Source of the DNA: Buchnera aphidicola str. APS (Acyrthosiphon pisum)
GTDB taxonomy: Bacteria; Pseudomonadota; Gammaproteobacteria; Enterobacterales; Enterobacteriaceae
Length of the DNA stretch: 32,000 nt
Reading direction: 5' to 3'
Assembly: GCF_000009605.1 (NCBI RefSeq)
Contig: NC_002528.1
Coordinates: forward strand, 120,001-152,000
Shown here: positions 1 to 10,313 of the stretch, piece after piece
Layout: each line of letters starts with the position of its first letter
How positions within the stretch are numbered: the stretch's first letter is position 1
Position numbers and translations under genes: made by a program
The notes under the pieces: generated by a model
Databases searched by the model: none
The model's input: only the letters and a program-made list of their open reading frames with translations
What the model was told of the DNA's origin: nothing

Positions 1-538
1 ATATTTAGGAGGTCCATTCATGGGTAAGAAGATTAATAATTTGAATCATTCTATATTAAAGAAAACAAATTCTATTTTTATTACACATAAAAAAGAAAAA
101 AATGAAAGTATTTCTGAAAAAACTTGTATTCGATGTGGTTATTGTTCATATGTATGTCCTGTAAATTTGCTTCCTCAACAGCTTTATTGGTATATTAAAA
201 ATAAGAATCATGTACAAACAAAAAAGCATTATGTTTTAGATTGTATTGAATGTAAAGCGTGTGAGAAAGTGTGTCCCAGTTATATTCCGCTAGTAAAATA
301 TTTTATTCAAGAGAAAAATATTTTAAAAAATATTACATTAGAAAATAATCGCAAAAAAATGTCATTAATTCGTTTTAAAACAAGAGAACAACGCTTATTC
401 AATGAAAAAAGAATGATACATGAAAATAATGATACATTTCTTATGAAAAAAAAGGATAAAAAAATCAATAATATCACAAAAACAGTGCTAAAAAAAACAC
501 TTCAAGATGCTATAGAACGTATGAAATCCAAACAATAA
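1..538 (+). CDS. rsxC: Electron transport complex subunit RsxC/RnfC, C-terminal part (5' end outside the window)
   Basis: The frame is open upstream of the ORF-track ATG (positions 2-19 read YLGGPF, then MGKK, matching the RsxC GGPxMG region). Two 4Fe-4S clusters are present: CIRCGYCSYVCP and CIECKACEKVCP. rsxD follows. Confidence 0.93.
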   Translation, partial: YLGGPFMGKKINNLNHSILKKTNSIFITHKKEKNESISEKTCIRCGYCSYVCPVNLLPQQLYWYIKNKNHVQTKKHYVLDCIECKACEKVCPSYIPLVKYFIQEKNILKNITLENNRKKMSLIRFKTREQRLFNEKRMIHENNDTFLMKKKDKKINNITKTVLKKTLQDAIERMKSKQ

Positions 539-585
539 AGTTTTATATAAATATATTATATATTAATACATAACGTGAGAAAAAA

Positions 586-1629
586 ATGAACTTTCCCTGC
601 ATATATCATGTTTATAGTATTAGAAAAATAATGTTTCTTGTTATTGTAGCTTGTCTTCCAGGTATTTTTGCCAAGTATTACTTTTTTGGTATTGGTACTT
701 TGATACAAATTTTTTTTTCTATATTTATTTCTTTAGTACTAGAAATTATTATTTTAAAGATACGTTCTAAAAACATTAAAAATTATTTACAAGATACTTC
801 TTTAGTTTTAACTTCAGTATTATTTGGAGTTAGTATCCCCCCTTTGCTTCCTTGGTGGATGACAAGTATTGGTTTATTTTTTGCTATTGTTGTTGCTAAG
901 CATTTATATGGTGGGATTGGTCAAAATATATTTAATCCGGCTATGGTTGGATACGCAGTATTATTAATATCTTTTCCAGTTTATATGAATAATTGGAATG
1001 AAAGAGATTTTTCTTTATCTTTTTTTAATGATTTTAAAAAATCTGCATATATTATTTTTTTTAAAAATGATATAACTACTGTTAGTAGTAGTTATTTAAA
1101 TATTATCCCAGATGCTTTTACAACAGCTACACCTTTAAACAATTTTAAGATTAAATCTCATTTAAAAGATGACTTTTTTCTAAAAGAAAATATTATTAAA
1201 AATAAAGAAGTTTCCATTCAAACTAGTTGGAAATGTATAAATATAAGCTTTTTTTTAGGTGGTATTTTTTTGTTGTTTACAAAAATTATTTGCTGGCGTA
1301 TTCCAATTAGTTTTTTATCCTCTTTAGGAATGTTATCAATTATAACTTATTTTTATTCAAAAGAATTATTTATGTCTCCTCAAGTCCATTTTTTTTCAGG
1401 AGGAACTATGATATGTGCTTTTTTTATTGCTACAGATCCAGTAACTGCTGCTTGTAATAATGTAGGAAAAATAGTTTTTGGTATTATTATCGGTTTTTTA
1501 GTTTGGATTATTCGTAATTATAGTGATTATCCGGATGCAATTGCTTTTTCTGTTTTATTTGCAAACATGACTGTGCCGTTAGTAGATTACTATACAAAAT
1601 CCTCTGGATATGGTCGTAATAATATATGA
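586..1629 (+). CDS. rsxD: Electron transport complex subunit RsxD/RnfD
   Basis: Full-length membrane protein with [32 protein letters not shown] (flavinylation-motif region) and [11 protein letters not shown] motifs. Its stop overlaps the next start (ATGA). Confidence 0.95.
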
Positions 1630-2272
1630 AAGCATTAAAAAAAATATTAAAACATGCTTGTTTAATGAGTCTTTTTTCCATTATATCTATAGCAGGCATC
1701 ACATTGATAAATAATATAACAAAAAACAAAATTATTAATCAAAAAGAACAAGAAAAAAAAAAATATTAAAAGAAGTTATTCCTTCTAATATATATCATAC
1801 ATTTGAAAAAAAATCATATAAAATCAAAAATAAACTTTTAGGAGATCATAAAATTCATAATTTATGGGTGTTATTTAAAAATAAAAAACCTGTAGCTGCA
1901 ATAGTAGAAACTACAGCTCCTGATGGATATTCTGGTGCCATTAATATGTTAGTTGCAGCATATTTTAATGGAGAAATTATTAATGCAAGAGTGCTATCTC
2001 ATAAAGAAACACCAGGAATTGGAGATAAAATTGACTTATCTATTTCTAATTGGATCACTAGATTTACTGGCATGTATGTAGCTTCTATAGAAGATAAAGA
2101 TTTTAAATTGCGAAAATATGGAGGAAAAATTGAACAGTTTACAGGTGCTACAATAACACCGCAATCAGTAACAAATTCTATCAAAAGAACGGTTGTTTTT
2201 ATTAAAAAGATACCGTTCATATTTGATTTTTTAAATAAGGGTATTTATGAATATCAAAAGTTTTTTAAATAA
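1626..2272 (+). CDS. rsxG: Electron transport complex subunit RsxG/RnfG, interrupted by a frameshift in an 11-A tract
   Basis: ATG at 1626 (ATGA overlap with rsxD) encodes [47 protein letters not shown] (stop 1767-1769). A -1 shift at A11 (1753-1763) continues as [17 protein letters not shown]... into ORF 1868..2272, which carries the FMN attachment motif [10 protein letters not shown]. Confidence 0.88.
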
Positions 2273-2930
2273 TAGATTATGGAAAAACAATTCTTCTTTA
2301 GTACAGTTATTAGGATTGTGTCCAGTTTTAGCAATGACAACTAATGCCATTAACGCTATAGGATTAGGAATGACAACTACTTTAGTATTAACTATTACAA
2401 ATACTATAATTTCTTCTTTTAGAAAGATTATACCGAAAGATTTAAGAATTCCAATCTATATGATGATTATTTCTTCTGTTGTTACATCTATAGAAATGTT
2501 GCTTCATGCTTATACGTTTAATTTATATCAATCTTTAGGTATTTTTATCCCATTAATAGTTACCAATTGTATTATCGTAGGGCGAGCAGATCTTATTGCT
2601 TATAAAAGTTCTATAGTAGAATCTTTTTTTGATGGTATTTTTATAGGATTAGGTTCAATGTTTGCTATGTTTGCAGTTGGTTCTATACGAGAAATATTAG
2701 GTAATGGAACTTTGTTTTTTGGAGCCAATAAAATTATCTCTAATATACATAGTTCTGTTTTTTTTACATTACTAGATAAAAAATTTACTATAATTTTGGC
2801 TGTTTTTCCTCCTGGTGGTTTTCTTATATTAGGCTTCTTAATTGCCATTAAGAATTTTATAGATTTATATTATAAAAAAAATACTATAAAAAATATTGAA
2901 CAATGTTCTTGTTCTAATAAAATAAAGTAA
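2247..2930 (+). CDS. rsxE: Electron transport complex subunit RsxE/RnfE
   Basis: [39 protein letters not shown] and [10 protein letters not shown] match RsxE. It overlaps rsxG by 26 bp. Confidence 0.95.
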
Positions 2931-2940
2931 CAATATTAAA

Positions 2941-3573
2941 ATGAATAAAAAAAAACGTTATGAGATTTTATCGATATTATCTCGCAACAATCCTGAACCT
3001 AAGATAGAATTGTTTTTTTCTTCTGATTTTGAGTTATTATTATCTGTAATTCTTTCTGCTCAATCTACTGATTTTATTGTAAATAAAACAACTAAAATAT
3101 TATTTAAAATTGCAAACACTCCTGAAACTATTTTTTTATTAGGACTAGAACGTCTTAAAAATTATATTAAAGATATCGGTTTGTATAATACCAAAGCATT
3201 AAATATTATTAGAACTTCTTTTATCATATTAACTAAATATAATAGTATTGTTCCAAATAATCGTATCGAATTAGAATCACTTCCTGGTGTAGGAAGGAAG
3301 ACAGCTAATATTATTTTAAATATATTATTTAAAAAAAAAACTATTGCCGTAGATACACATGTTTTTAGAGTATGCAATCGTACTAATTTTGCTAAAGGAA
3401 AAAATGTCAAGATAGTCGAAGAGAAGTTGATTAAGGTAGTTCCTAGTATTTTTAAACTAAACTTTCATTCTTGGTTTATTTTACATGGCCGATATATTTG
3501 TACTGCACGGAAAATTAAATGTAATATATGTTTAATTTTTAAATTATGTGAATTTAAACAAAAAATTTTTTAA
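2941..3573 (+). CDS. nth: Endonuclease III
   Basis: HhH motif LPGVGRKTANIILN with the catalytic Lys, AVDTHVFRVCNRT with the catalytic Asp, and C-terminal 4Fe-4S pattern C-X6-C-X2-C-X5-C. Confidence 0.97.
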   Translation: MNKKKRYEILSILSRNNPEPKIELFFSSDFELLLSVILSAQSTDFIVNKTTKILFKIANTPETIFLLGLERLKNYIKDIGLYNTKALNIIRTSFIILTKYNSIVPNNRIELESLPGVGRKTANIILNILFKKKTIAVDTHVFRVCNRTNFAKGKNVKIVEEKLIKVVPSIFKLNFHSWFILHGRYICTARKIKCNICLIFKLCEFKQKIF

Positions 3574-3595
3574 TATATTTTTTATGGATCTATAA

Positions 3596-5776
3596 GTGAT
3601 TATTGTAAAAGTTATTTTGCCCATCCCTATTAGACAATATTTTACATATCTTATGCCTGATTTTATGTGTCCTATTATTGGGGGTCGAATTTTAGTCCCA
3701 TTTAATTCAAAAGATGTAATAGGAATTGTGGCTTCTTTTTATAAAAAAAATAATGTAGACCAAGCAAATTTTAAACATATTAAAGCATTGATTGATACTG
3801 AGTCACTTTATAGTAATATGGTACTAGATATTATATCGTGGATAAGTAACAATTACCATTGTCCGGCTGGTAATTTATTTTTTTCTATTTTACCAAAAAT
3901 TTTACATTCTGATTATATTATAAAAAACAAATATATCTGTCAGTGGAGTATTACAAAAAAAGGACAAGAATTGAATCTAAATTATTTTAAAAGAAGAAAA
4001 AAACAATTGTATGTGCTTCTTATTTTAAAGAAGAAACATATTTTGAGCACTGAATTAAAAAAATATAATATATCTAAAATTATTTTAAAGAAATTAGAAA
4101 TTCAAGAATTATGCAAAGTAAACTTAAATTATAAAATATCTTTTAAAAGAAAAATTATTAGGACGAAAAAAAAATTATTTTTCAATAAAAAAATATCAAT
4201 TGTTCTCAATGATGTTCTAAAAAAACAATGTTTTTCATCTTGGTTATTAACTAGAGTTAATTTATATTTAAAAGTTAAATTTTATCTAGGTTTAATTCAG
4301 TCGGTATTATATAAGGGTGTGCAAATTTTAATTTTAGTTCCCTATATTAAAAATATAAATACAATTGCATTTTTTTTAGAAAAATATTTTAATGCGTCTA
4401 TTGATGTCATGCATTCAAAATTAACGTCTTCTAAATATTTTTCAAATTGGGTAAGAACTAAAAATGGTGAAAATTCAATTGTTATTGGAACAGGAAAAAG
4501 TATTTTTTTACCTTTTTTAAAGTTGGGTCTCATTATTTTACTTGAAGAGCATAATTTAAAATATAAAAGTATAAACCAATGCAGATATAATATTAGAGAT
4601 TTAGGAATACTTAGAGCATATAAAGAAAAGATACCGATTATTTTAGATTCAGAAACTCCTTCATTGAAAACATTAAATAACGTCTTACATAGAAAATGTT
4701 TTTACATTAAATTAAATAAATATAATCATGTTAATCAAATAAATAATAATATTATTAATTTAAAAACAGAGAAAATAAAATTTGGTTTATCCTTAACTTT
4801 GATAAATGAAATTTATAAAAATTTTACAGGAAAACAAGTTTTATTAATTTTTAATAAATTTGTTTTATTTTTTTTTGTCTTAATGTGTCAGAAATGTAAT
4901 GAGATATTTAAATGTACTAATTGTGATGATTATTTTGAAATTAATCAATATCGTAATATTTTATTTTGCAAATTTTGTTTAATTCAAATTAAAAAGCCAA
5001 TTTTTTGCTACAATTGTGGATCTTTTTCTCTAATTGTATTTAAAATAGGCGCAGAAGAAATTAAAAAAGAAATGCATAGTATTTTTCCAAAAATCCCATT
5101 TTTTTTCTTTCTAAATGAAAAAAATATTAATAAAAACATATTAAATACTAAAAGTTTTGAATTTGCTATTTCCAGTCCTTGTATTATTATCGTAACAGAA
5201 GAATTAGTACAAAATTACTATTTTCCTCATGTAAAATTGATTAGTTTAATTTGTATTGATAACTATTTTCTCTCTTTTAACTATCGAGCTATGGAATATT
5301 TTGCTCAGTTTTATATTAATTTAAATCAATTAACTAGAAGTACAAAAAAATCATGCAAAATATTTATACAAACATCATTTCCTAATGATATAAATTTAAA
5401 AGAAATATGTAACAACGGATATTTTTCTTTTTCTAAGAAAGCAATGGCAATTAGAAAAAGTTTTTTATTACCTCCTTGGAGTTTTCAAACTATTGTTTAT
5501 TCCGCAAGCACAAATACTAAATATAATATTATTTTTTTAAGTTTAATGCGTAAAATACTACAAAAAAAATCTCGTAAATATAATTGTTTTTTATGGGTTT
5601 TAGGTCCTAATAATGCTTTTTTATCAATCAATAAACATAAATATTTTCATCAATTATTAATTCAATGTTCTTCACGTGTTGCTCTTAATAATGTATTAAA
5701 TGAATCGATTGATGTAATTAATATTTTCACTATTTCAAAACGGGTTAAATGGTTTATAGATATTGAACCAAATTAA
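3596..5776 (+). CDS. priA: Primosomal protein N' (PriA), full length but with degenerate helicase motifs
   Basis: 726 codons from a GTG start. The N-terminus VKVILPIPIRQYFTYLMP matches PriA. Paired cysteines CQKC/CTNC/CKFC/CYNC are intact, and the C-terminus VLGPNNAF...SSRVALNNVLN...KRVKWFIDIEP matches PriA. Confidence 0.9.
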   Translation: MIIVKVILPIPIRQYFTYLMPDFMCPIIGGRILVPFNSKDVIGIVASFYKKNNVDQANFKHIKALIDTESLYSNMVLDIISWISNNYHCPAGNLFFSILPKILHSDYIIKNKYICQWSITKKGQELNLNYFKRRKKQLYVLLILKKKHILSTELKKYNISKIILKKLEIQELCKVNLNYKISFKRKIIRTKKKLFFNKKISIVLNDVLKKQCFSSWLLTRVNLYLKVKFYLGLIQSVLYKGVQILILVPYIKNINTIAFFLEKYFNASIDVMHSKLTSSKYFSNWVRTKNGENSIVIGTGKSIFLPFLKLGLIILLEEHNLKYKSINQCRYNIRDLGILRAYKEKIPIILDSETPSLKTLNNVLHRKCFYIKLNKYNHVNQINNNIINLKTEKIKFGLSLTLINEIYKNFTGKQVLLIFNKFVLFFFVLMCQKCNEIFKCTNCDDYFEINQYRNILFCKFCLIQIKKPIFCYNCGSFSLIVFKIGAEEIKKEMHSIFPKIPFFFFLNEKNINKNILNTKSFEFAISSPCIIIVTEELVQNYYFPHVKLISLICIDNYFLSFNYRAMEYFAQFYINLNQLTRSTKKSCKIFIQTSFPNDINLKEICNNGYFSFSKKAMAIRKSFLLPPWSFQTIVYSASTNTKYNIIFLSLMRKILQKKSRKYNCFLWVLGPNNAFLSINKHKYFHQLLIQCSSRVALNNVLNESIDVINIFTISKRVKWFIDIEPN

Positions 5777-5935
5777 AATAAAATAGAAAAATATTATAAT
5801 AAATAATTAGTAATTTGCTCTTTTACTCGTTGAATTTCTAATAAAATTAGCATAAAATATTTTACAAGAACTTGTAAGATATAAATAAAAAAAATAATTA
5901 ATTTTTAAAATATTAATAATAAAAAAGAGGCTTTA

Positions 5936-7204
5936 ATGAGTGAATTTAATTTCATCAGTAGATTGCACAATAGAGGTCTAATATCTCATATTACAAATGA
6001 AGATAATTTAAGTAAACTCATTGAAAATAAATCAATTTCTCTTTATTGTGGATTTGATCCTACAGAAGAAAGTCTTCATATAGGTCATCTTTTACCTTTA
6101 ATTATGTTAAAAAGATTTCAAATAGCTGGTCATAGACCGATAATTTTAATAGGAGGAGCGACAAGTTTAATTGGAGACCCTAGTTTTAAAGAAAAAGAAC
6201 GTGTTTTCAATTCTAATTATAACGTTAATATATGGACAGAAAAAATTACTAAACAAATTTCTTGTTTTTTAGATTTTAATTGTGGTAAGAATAGTGCTGT
6301 TTTATTAAACAATAATACATGGTTCAAACAGATTAATATCTTATCATTTTTACGAGATGTTGGAAAATATTTTTCAGTTAATACTATGATTAATCGAGCA
6401 GCAGTTAAACAACGAATTACAAGGCCAGACCAAGGCATTTCGTTTACAGAATTTTCTTATAATTTATTACAAGCATATGATTTTTTTATTTTAAATCAGC
6501 AATATCAGGCAGATCTTCAAATCGGAGGAGCTGATCAATGGGGTAATATCTCCTCAGGAATGCATTTAATACACCGAAAAACTAAGAGAGTAGTATATGG
6601 TTTAACTGTACCTCTTCTAATTCAGTCTAATGGAATCAAATTCGGTAAAACAGAATCAGGAACTATATGGTTAGATTCAAATAAAACTAGTCCTTATAAA
6701 TTTTATCAGTTTTGGATGAATATAGAAGATGCTAATGTTTATTATTTTTTAAAACTATTTACTTTTATAAAAGTGTCAGAAATTAATAAACTAGAAAAAA
6801 ATAAAAATATTAAAAATCAAATAATTAACGACAAATCTTTACTTGCTAAACATATTACCCAGTTAGTACATGGAAAAGAAAAATTACTAGCGGCAGAAAG
6901 AATTACAAAGTTTTTATTTTTAAAGAATACTACTCATATTGAAGAATCTGATTTGCAACAGTTAAAACAAGATGGTATACCATTTATTGAAGTTAGTAAT
7001 GTAAAAGATTTACAAGAAGCATTAGTATTAACTTCATTAGCGCAATCCCGAACTCAAGCTAAAAATATGATAATTTCAAATTCTATATCTATTAACACTG
7101 AAAAAATTAGAAAAAATCATATTTTTCATGAAAAAGATAAATTATTTGGAAAATTTACTCTATTATCTAGAGGCAAAAAACAACATTCTTTATTGTGTTG
7201 GTAA
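5936..7204 (+). CDS. tyrS: Tyrosyl-tRNA synthetase
   Basis: YCGFDPTEESLHIGHLLPL (HIGH motif), LQIGGADQWGNI, KFGKTESG (KMSKS equivalent) and a C-terminal S4-like domain. Confidence 0.98.
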   Translation: MSEFNFISRLHNRGLISHITNEDNLSKLIENKSISLYCGFDPTEESLHIGHLLPLIMLKRFQIAGHRPIILIGGATSLIGDPSFKEKERVFNSNYNVNIWTEKITKQISCFLDFNCGKNSAVLLNNNTWFKQINILSFLRDVGKYFSVNTMINRAAVKQRITRPDQGISFTEFSYNLLQAYDFFILNQQYQADLQIGGADQWGNISSGMHLIHRKTKRVVYGLTVPLLIQSNGIKFGKTESGTIWLDSNKTSPYKFYQFWMNIEDANVYYFLKLFTFIKVSEINKLEKNKNIKNQIINDKSLLAKHITQLVHGKEKLLAAERITKFLFLKNTTHIEESDLQQLKQDGIPFIEVSNVKDLQEALVLTSLAQSRTQAKNMIISNSISINTEKIRKNHIFHEKDKLFGKFTLLSRGKKQHSLLCW

Positions 7205-7211
7205 TTAATTT

Positions 7212-7604
7212 TTAGTTTATTGAAAAACTTTCACCACAACCACAAAATTTTTCTAATTTGGTATTATAAAATTTAAATATTTTATTGATGTTATTTTTTA
7301 CGAAATCTATTCTAATACCTTCTAAAAATGGTATATCTTTAGAATAAATATATATTAAAATATTTTGATAAAAAAAACTAACTTCTTTTTCATCTTTTTC
7401 TTTTTTCAATTCTGAAGCCTTTAGTAATTTCATACTGTAGCGAAACCCTGCACATCCTGATTTTTTTATGCTTAATCTTATTCCTATATTATCAGAATTT
7501 AAATTAATTAAAAATAAAATTTGTTCTATAGCATCTTTGGTGATTGAAATATTTTGAAATGTATTTTTTTTTAATAAGTAGGTTTTAACTTCGTTTTTAT
7601 TCAT
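7212..7604 (-). CDS. sufA: A-type Fe-S cluster scaffold/carrier (SufA/IscA family)
   Basis: KKSGCAGFRY and FCGCGESF motifs. Strand checked in the sequence: CAT at 7602-7604 and TTA at 7212-7214, so the gene is on the minus strand although the ORF track says +. Confidence 0.88.
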   Translation of the reverse strand: MNKNEVKTYLLKKNTFQNISITKDAIEQILFLINLNSDNIGIRLSIKKSGCAGFRYSMKLLKASELKKEKDEKEVSFFYQNILIYIYSKDIPFLEGIRIDFVKNNINKIFKFYNTKLEKFCGCGESFSIN

Positions 7605-7827
7605 GATGTTCTCTTATTTAAAAATATATTTATAAAAATAAAAAAATATTTAAAAAATACTTGTATTGTACAGAAATATTTATGTTTTAAACAATATTAT
7701 TGTTTATTAATTATTTTTATAAATTTTAATGTTATAATTCTTTTTAAGAAAATATAGAATTTTATAAAATTACATTAATTGTAAAAAAATTATCTATAAT
7801 ATAAAAATATTGAGGTACAACAATTAT

Positions 7828-8910
7828 ATGCAAAATCCAAAAGAGAAAATGGATTTATCGCAGTCTATTTTATCACTGATATTTATTGTTTCTATGGGTG
7901 TAATAAGTTTTTTAGTAATTCATCCATTTATATTAGGATTTTTTTGGGCTAGTATGATTGTAATTGCGACTTGGCCTCTTATGTTGAAAATACAAAAAAT
8001 TTTAGGTGGAAAACGTTCTCTTGCCGTGATAATTATGATTATAATTTTGCTTCTTTTATTTATTATCCCCGTATTTTTTCTAGTAAACAGTTTAATTGCA
8101 ACAAGTATACCTATTATTCATTGGCTAGGTTCCAATGATCTAGAATTACCAGAATTAGCATGGTTACAGAATATTCCTCTTATGGGAAGAAAAATATTTA
8201 ATAGTTATCAAACATTATTAAATAGTGATGGGGGTGAATTAATTCATAAAATACGACCTTATATGGGACATGCAACTGAATTTTTTATAATACAAGTTAG
8301 AAATTGCGGATTATTTATTGTACATTCTATATTAATGTTATTTTTTAGTGCTCTATTGTATTGGAATGGTGAAAAAATTAGCATTTCTATTCATCATTTT
8401 GCATATCGACTGAGCGAAAAAAATGGTAAAGCTATTCTTTTACTGGCTACTCAAGCGGTTAGAGCTGTTGCATTAGGTGTTGCAGTAACAGCTTTAATTC
8501 AAGCTTTATTATCTGGGATAGGATTATTAGTTTCTGGCGTCCCTTATTGGGCTCTATTAATGATAATAATTTTTTTTTCTTGTTTAATACAATTAGGACC
8601 ATTACCTATTTTAATACCTTCAATTATATGGCTTTATTGGAACGATGATACTACTTGGGGTACAATATTGTTAATTTGGAGTTGTTTTGTATTTATACTT
8701 GATCATATACTTAGACCGTTTTTTATACGCATAGGAGCTGATTTACCTATTTTATTAACTTTATCTGGAGTCATTGGTGGCTTATTAACTTTTGGTATGA
8801 TTGGTTTGTTTATTGGTCCAGTAGTATTAGTGATATTTTATCGTTTAACAATATCTTGGATATACGGAATTTCAATTGCATCTTTTTTAGAAAATACATC
8901 GTTAAAATAA
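7828..8910 (+). CDS. ydiK: YdiK, AI-2E transporter family membrane protein
   Basis: Matches E. coli YdiK: HPFILGFFWASMIVIATWPLMLKIQKILGG, GADLPILLTLSGVIGGLLTFGMIGLFIGPV. The likely start is ATG 7828, not the TTG at 7810 used by the track. Confidence 0.9.
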   Translation: MQNPKEKMDLSQSILSLIFIVSMGVISFLVIHPFILGFFWASMIVIATWPLMLKIQKILGGKRSLAVIIMIIILLLLFIIPVFFLVNSLIATSIPIIHWLGSNDLELPELAWLQNIPLMGRKIFNSYQTLLNSDGGELIHKIRPYMGHATEFFIIQVRNCGLFIVHSILMLFFSALLYWNGEKISISIHHFAYRLSEKNGKAILLLATQAVRAVALGVAVTALIQALLSGIGLLVSGVPYWALLMIIIFFSCLIQLGPLPILIPSIIWLYWNDDTTWGTILLIWSCFVFILDHILRPFFIRIGADLPILLTLSGVIGGLLTFGMIGLFIGPVVLVIFYRLTISWIYGISIASFLENTSLK

Positions 8911-9016
8911 AATTTTAATTAGTATTTAGATAATAGAGAAAATAAATACTTTTAATTAAATATAATCTAAATTATGATAATATGTGCAAGATAACTTAGT
9001 TATATTCAATATTCAC

Positions 9017-9078
9017 TAAACAGAAAAAGAATTATATTCTATAACTATATAAGACATCATCTTTATTTTTTCTGTTTA
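9017..9078 (+). promoter_or_regulatory. Perfect 12-bp inverted repeat in the ydiK-aroH spacer (possible leader structure)
   Basis: TAAACAGAAAAA (9017-9028) is the exact reverse complement of TTTTTCTGTTTA (9067-9078), separated by 38 nt. Confidence 0.45.
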
Positions 9079-9261
9079 AAACTTCCGTCATATTATTTAA
9101 AGTATACTATTAAAAATTATTCTCCCTAATATTATGAAAGTTTTTTCTATCAAGTATTTTAAAAAACTATTAGAAATGAGATTATAACTGGTTAGTTTTT
9201 TGTGATTGTTATGAAACCTTCATATTCTTTCCAGAATAAAAAACTTGTTTTAGAGAACAAA

Positions 9262-10308
9262 ATGAAAAAAACAGATGAACTACGTACAATACGAATTGAT
9301 CCATTAATAACTCCAGCTGAATTAGCAAGGCAGTACGCGATCACTTCAGACATCATGGACACTGTTATCGCAACAAGACAAAATATTGCTCGTATTATGA
9401 CTGGACAAGATGCGCGACTACTTGTTGTAATAGGACCATGTTCAGTTCATGATCCTATCGCAGCAGTAGAATATGCACATCGATTGTATGAATTACGAGT
9501 AAAATATAAAGATCGTCTTGAAATTATAATGCGTACATATTTTGAAAAACCAAGAACAGTTGTTGGATGGAAAGGGCTGATTTCTGATCCAGATTTAAAT
9601 GGTAGTTTTCGAGTTAATCATGGATTAGCCGTAGCACGTAAATTATTATTAGATATTAATGCATTAGGAATGCCTGCAGCAACAGAGTTTCTCGATATAG
9701 TTATAGGACAATTTATAGCAGATTTAATTAGTTGGGGTGCTATTGGAGCAAGAACTACTGAAAGTCAAATTCATAGAGAAATGGCTTCCGCTCTTTCCTG
9801 TCCAGTAGGTTTTAAAAATGGAACTGACGGTAATATACGCATTGCAATTGATGCTATTCGCGCAGCTAAAGTTAGACATTTATTTTTCGCGCCTAATAAA
9901 GATGGTCAAATGACGATTAATCATACCAGTGGCAATCCATATGGGCATATAATCATGCGAGGTGGTCGTGCGCCGAATTACCATCCTGATGATATTAACT
10001 CAGCAGTAAAGCATTTACGTGAATTTGATCTATTAGAACATTTAATGATTGATTTTAGTCACGGTAATTGTTTAAAAGAACATCTTCGTCAAAAAAATGT
10101 TTCTAAGTCTGTTTCATATCAAATTTCTCATGGTTCGAAAGCTATTTTTGGTGTTATGATTGAAAGCTTTTTAGAAGAAGGTTTTCAAACAGTAACGAAT
10201 AATCAACCATTAATATATGGTAAATCGATTACTGATGCCTGTTTAAATTGGAAAGACAGTGTTTTAATTATCGAACAATTAGCAGATGCCGTAGATGCTC
10301 GTTTTTAA
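9262..10308 (+). CDS. aroH: 3-deoxy-7-phosphoheptulonate (DAHP) synthase, AroH-type
   Basis: LLVVIGPCSVHDP, RTYFEKPRTVVGWKGLISDPDLNGSFRVNHG and SGNPYGHIIMRGG. MKKTDELRTIRI at ATG 9262 aligns with E. coli AroH MNRTDELRTARI. In-frame upstream starts (GTG 9202, ATG 9211) are alternatives. Confidence 0.93.
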   Translation: MKKTDELRTIRIDPLITPAELARQYAITSDIMDTVIATRQNIARIMTGQDARLLVVIGPCSVHDPIAAVEYAHRLYELRVKYKDRLEIIMRTYFEKPRTVVGWKGLISDPDLNGSFRVNHGLAVARKLLLDINALGMPAATEFLDIVIGQFIADLISWGAIGARTTESQIHREMASALSCPVGFKNGTDGNIRIAIDAIRAAKVRHLFFAPNKDGQMTINHTSGNPYGHIIMRGGRAPNYHPDDINSAVKHLREFDLLEHLMIDFSHGNCLKEHLRQKNVSKSVSYQISHGSKAIFGVMIESFLEEGFQTVTNNQPLIYGKSITDACLNWKDSVLIIEQLADAVDARF

Positions 10309-10313
10309 TTCAC

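Noticed and set aside
1508-3410. Minus-strand ORFs at 1508-1729, 1999-2220, 2600-2848 and 3162-3410
   Set aside because: All lie antisense within well-identified rsx/nth genes, have low-complexity hydrophobic composition and no recognisable family. They are typical spurious ORFs.
5862-5877. Short palindrome TTACAAG-AA-CTTGTAA upstream of tyrS
   Set aside because: Only 6-7 bp with a minimal loop in AT-rich sequence, and no U-tract or known leader family such as a recognisable T-box. Too weak to call.
4342-6438. Minus-strand ORFs 4342-4533 and 6217-6438
   Set aside because: Antisense to priA and tyrS, with no recognisable motifs.
7212-7604. The ORF track labels the 130-aa SufA-like ORF as plus strand
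   Set aside because: The sequence shows CAT at 7602-7604 and TTA at 7212-7214, and the protein reads only from the reverse complement. The gene is minus-strand and convergent with tyrS (7-bp gap). I treat the label as a track error, not a biological oddity.
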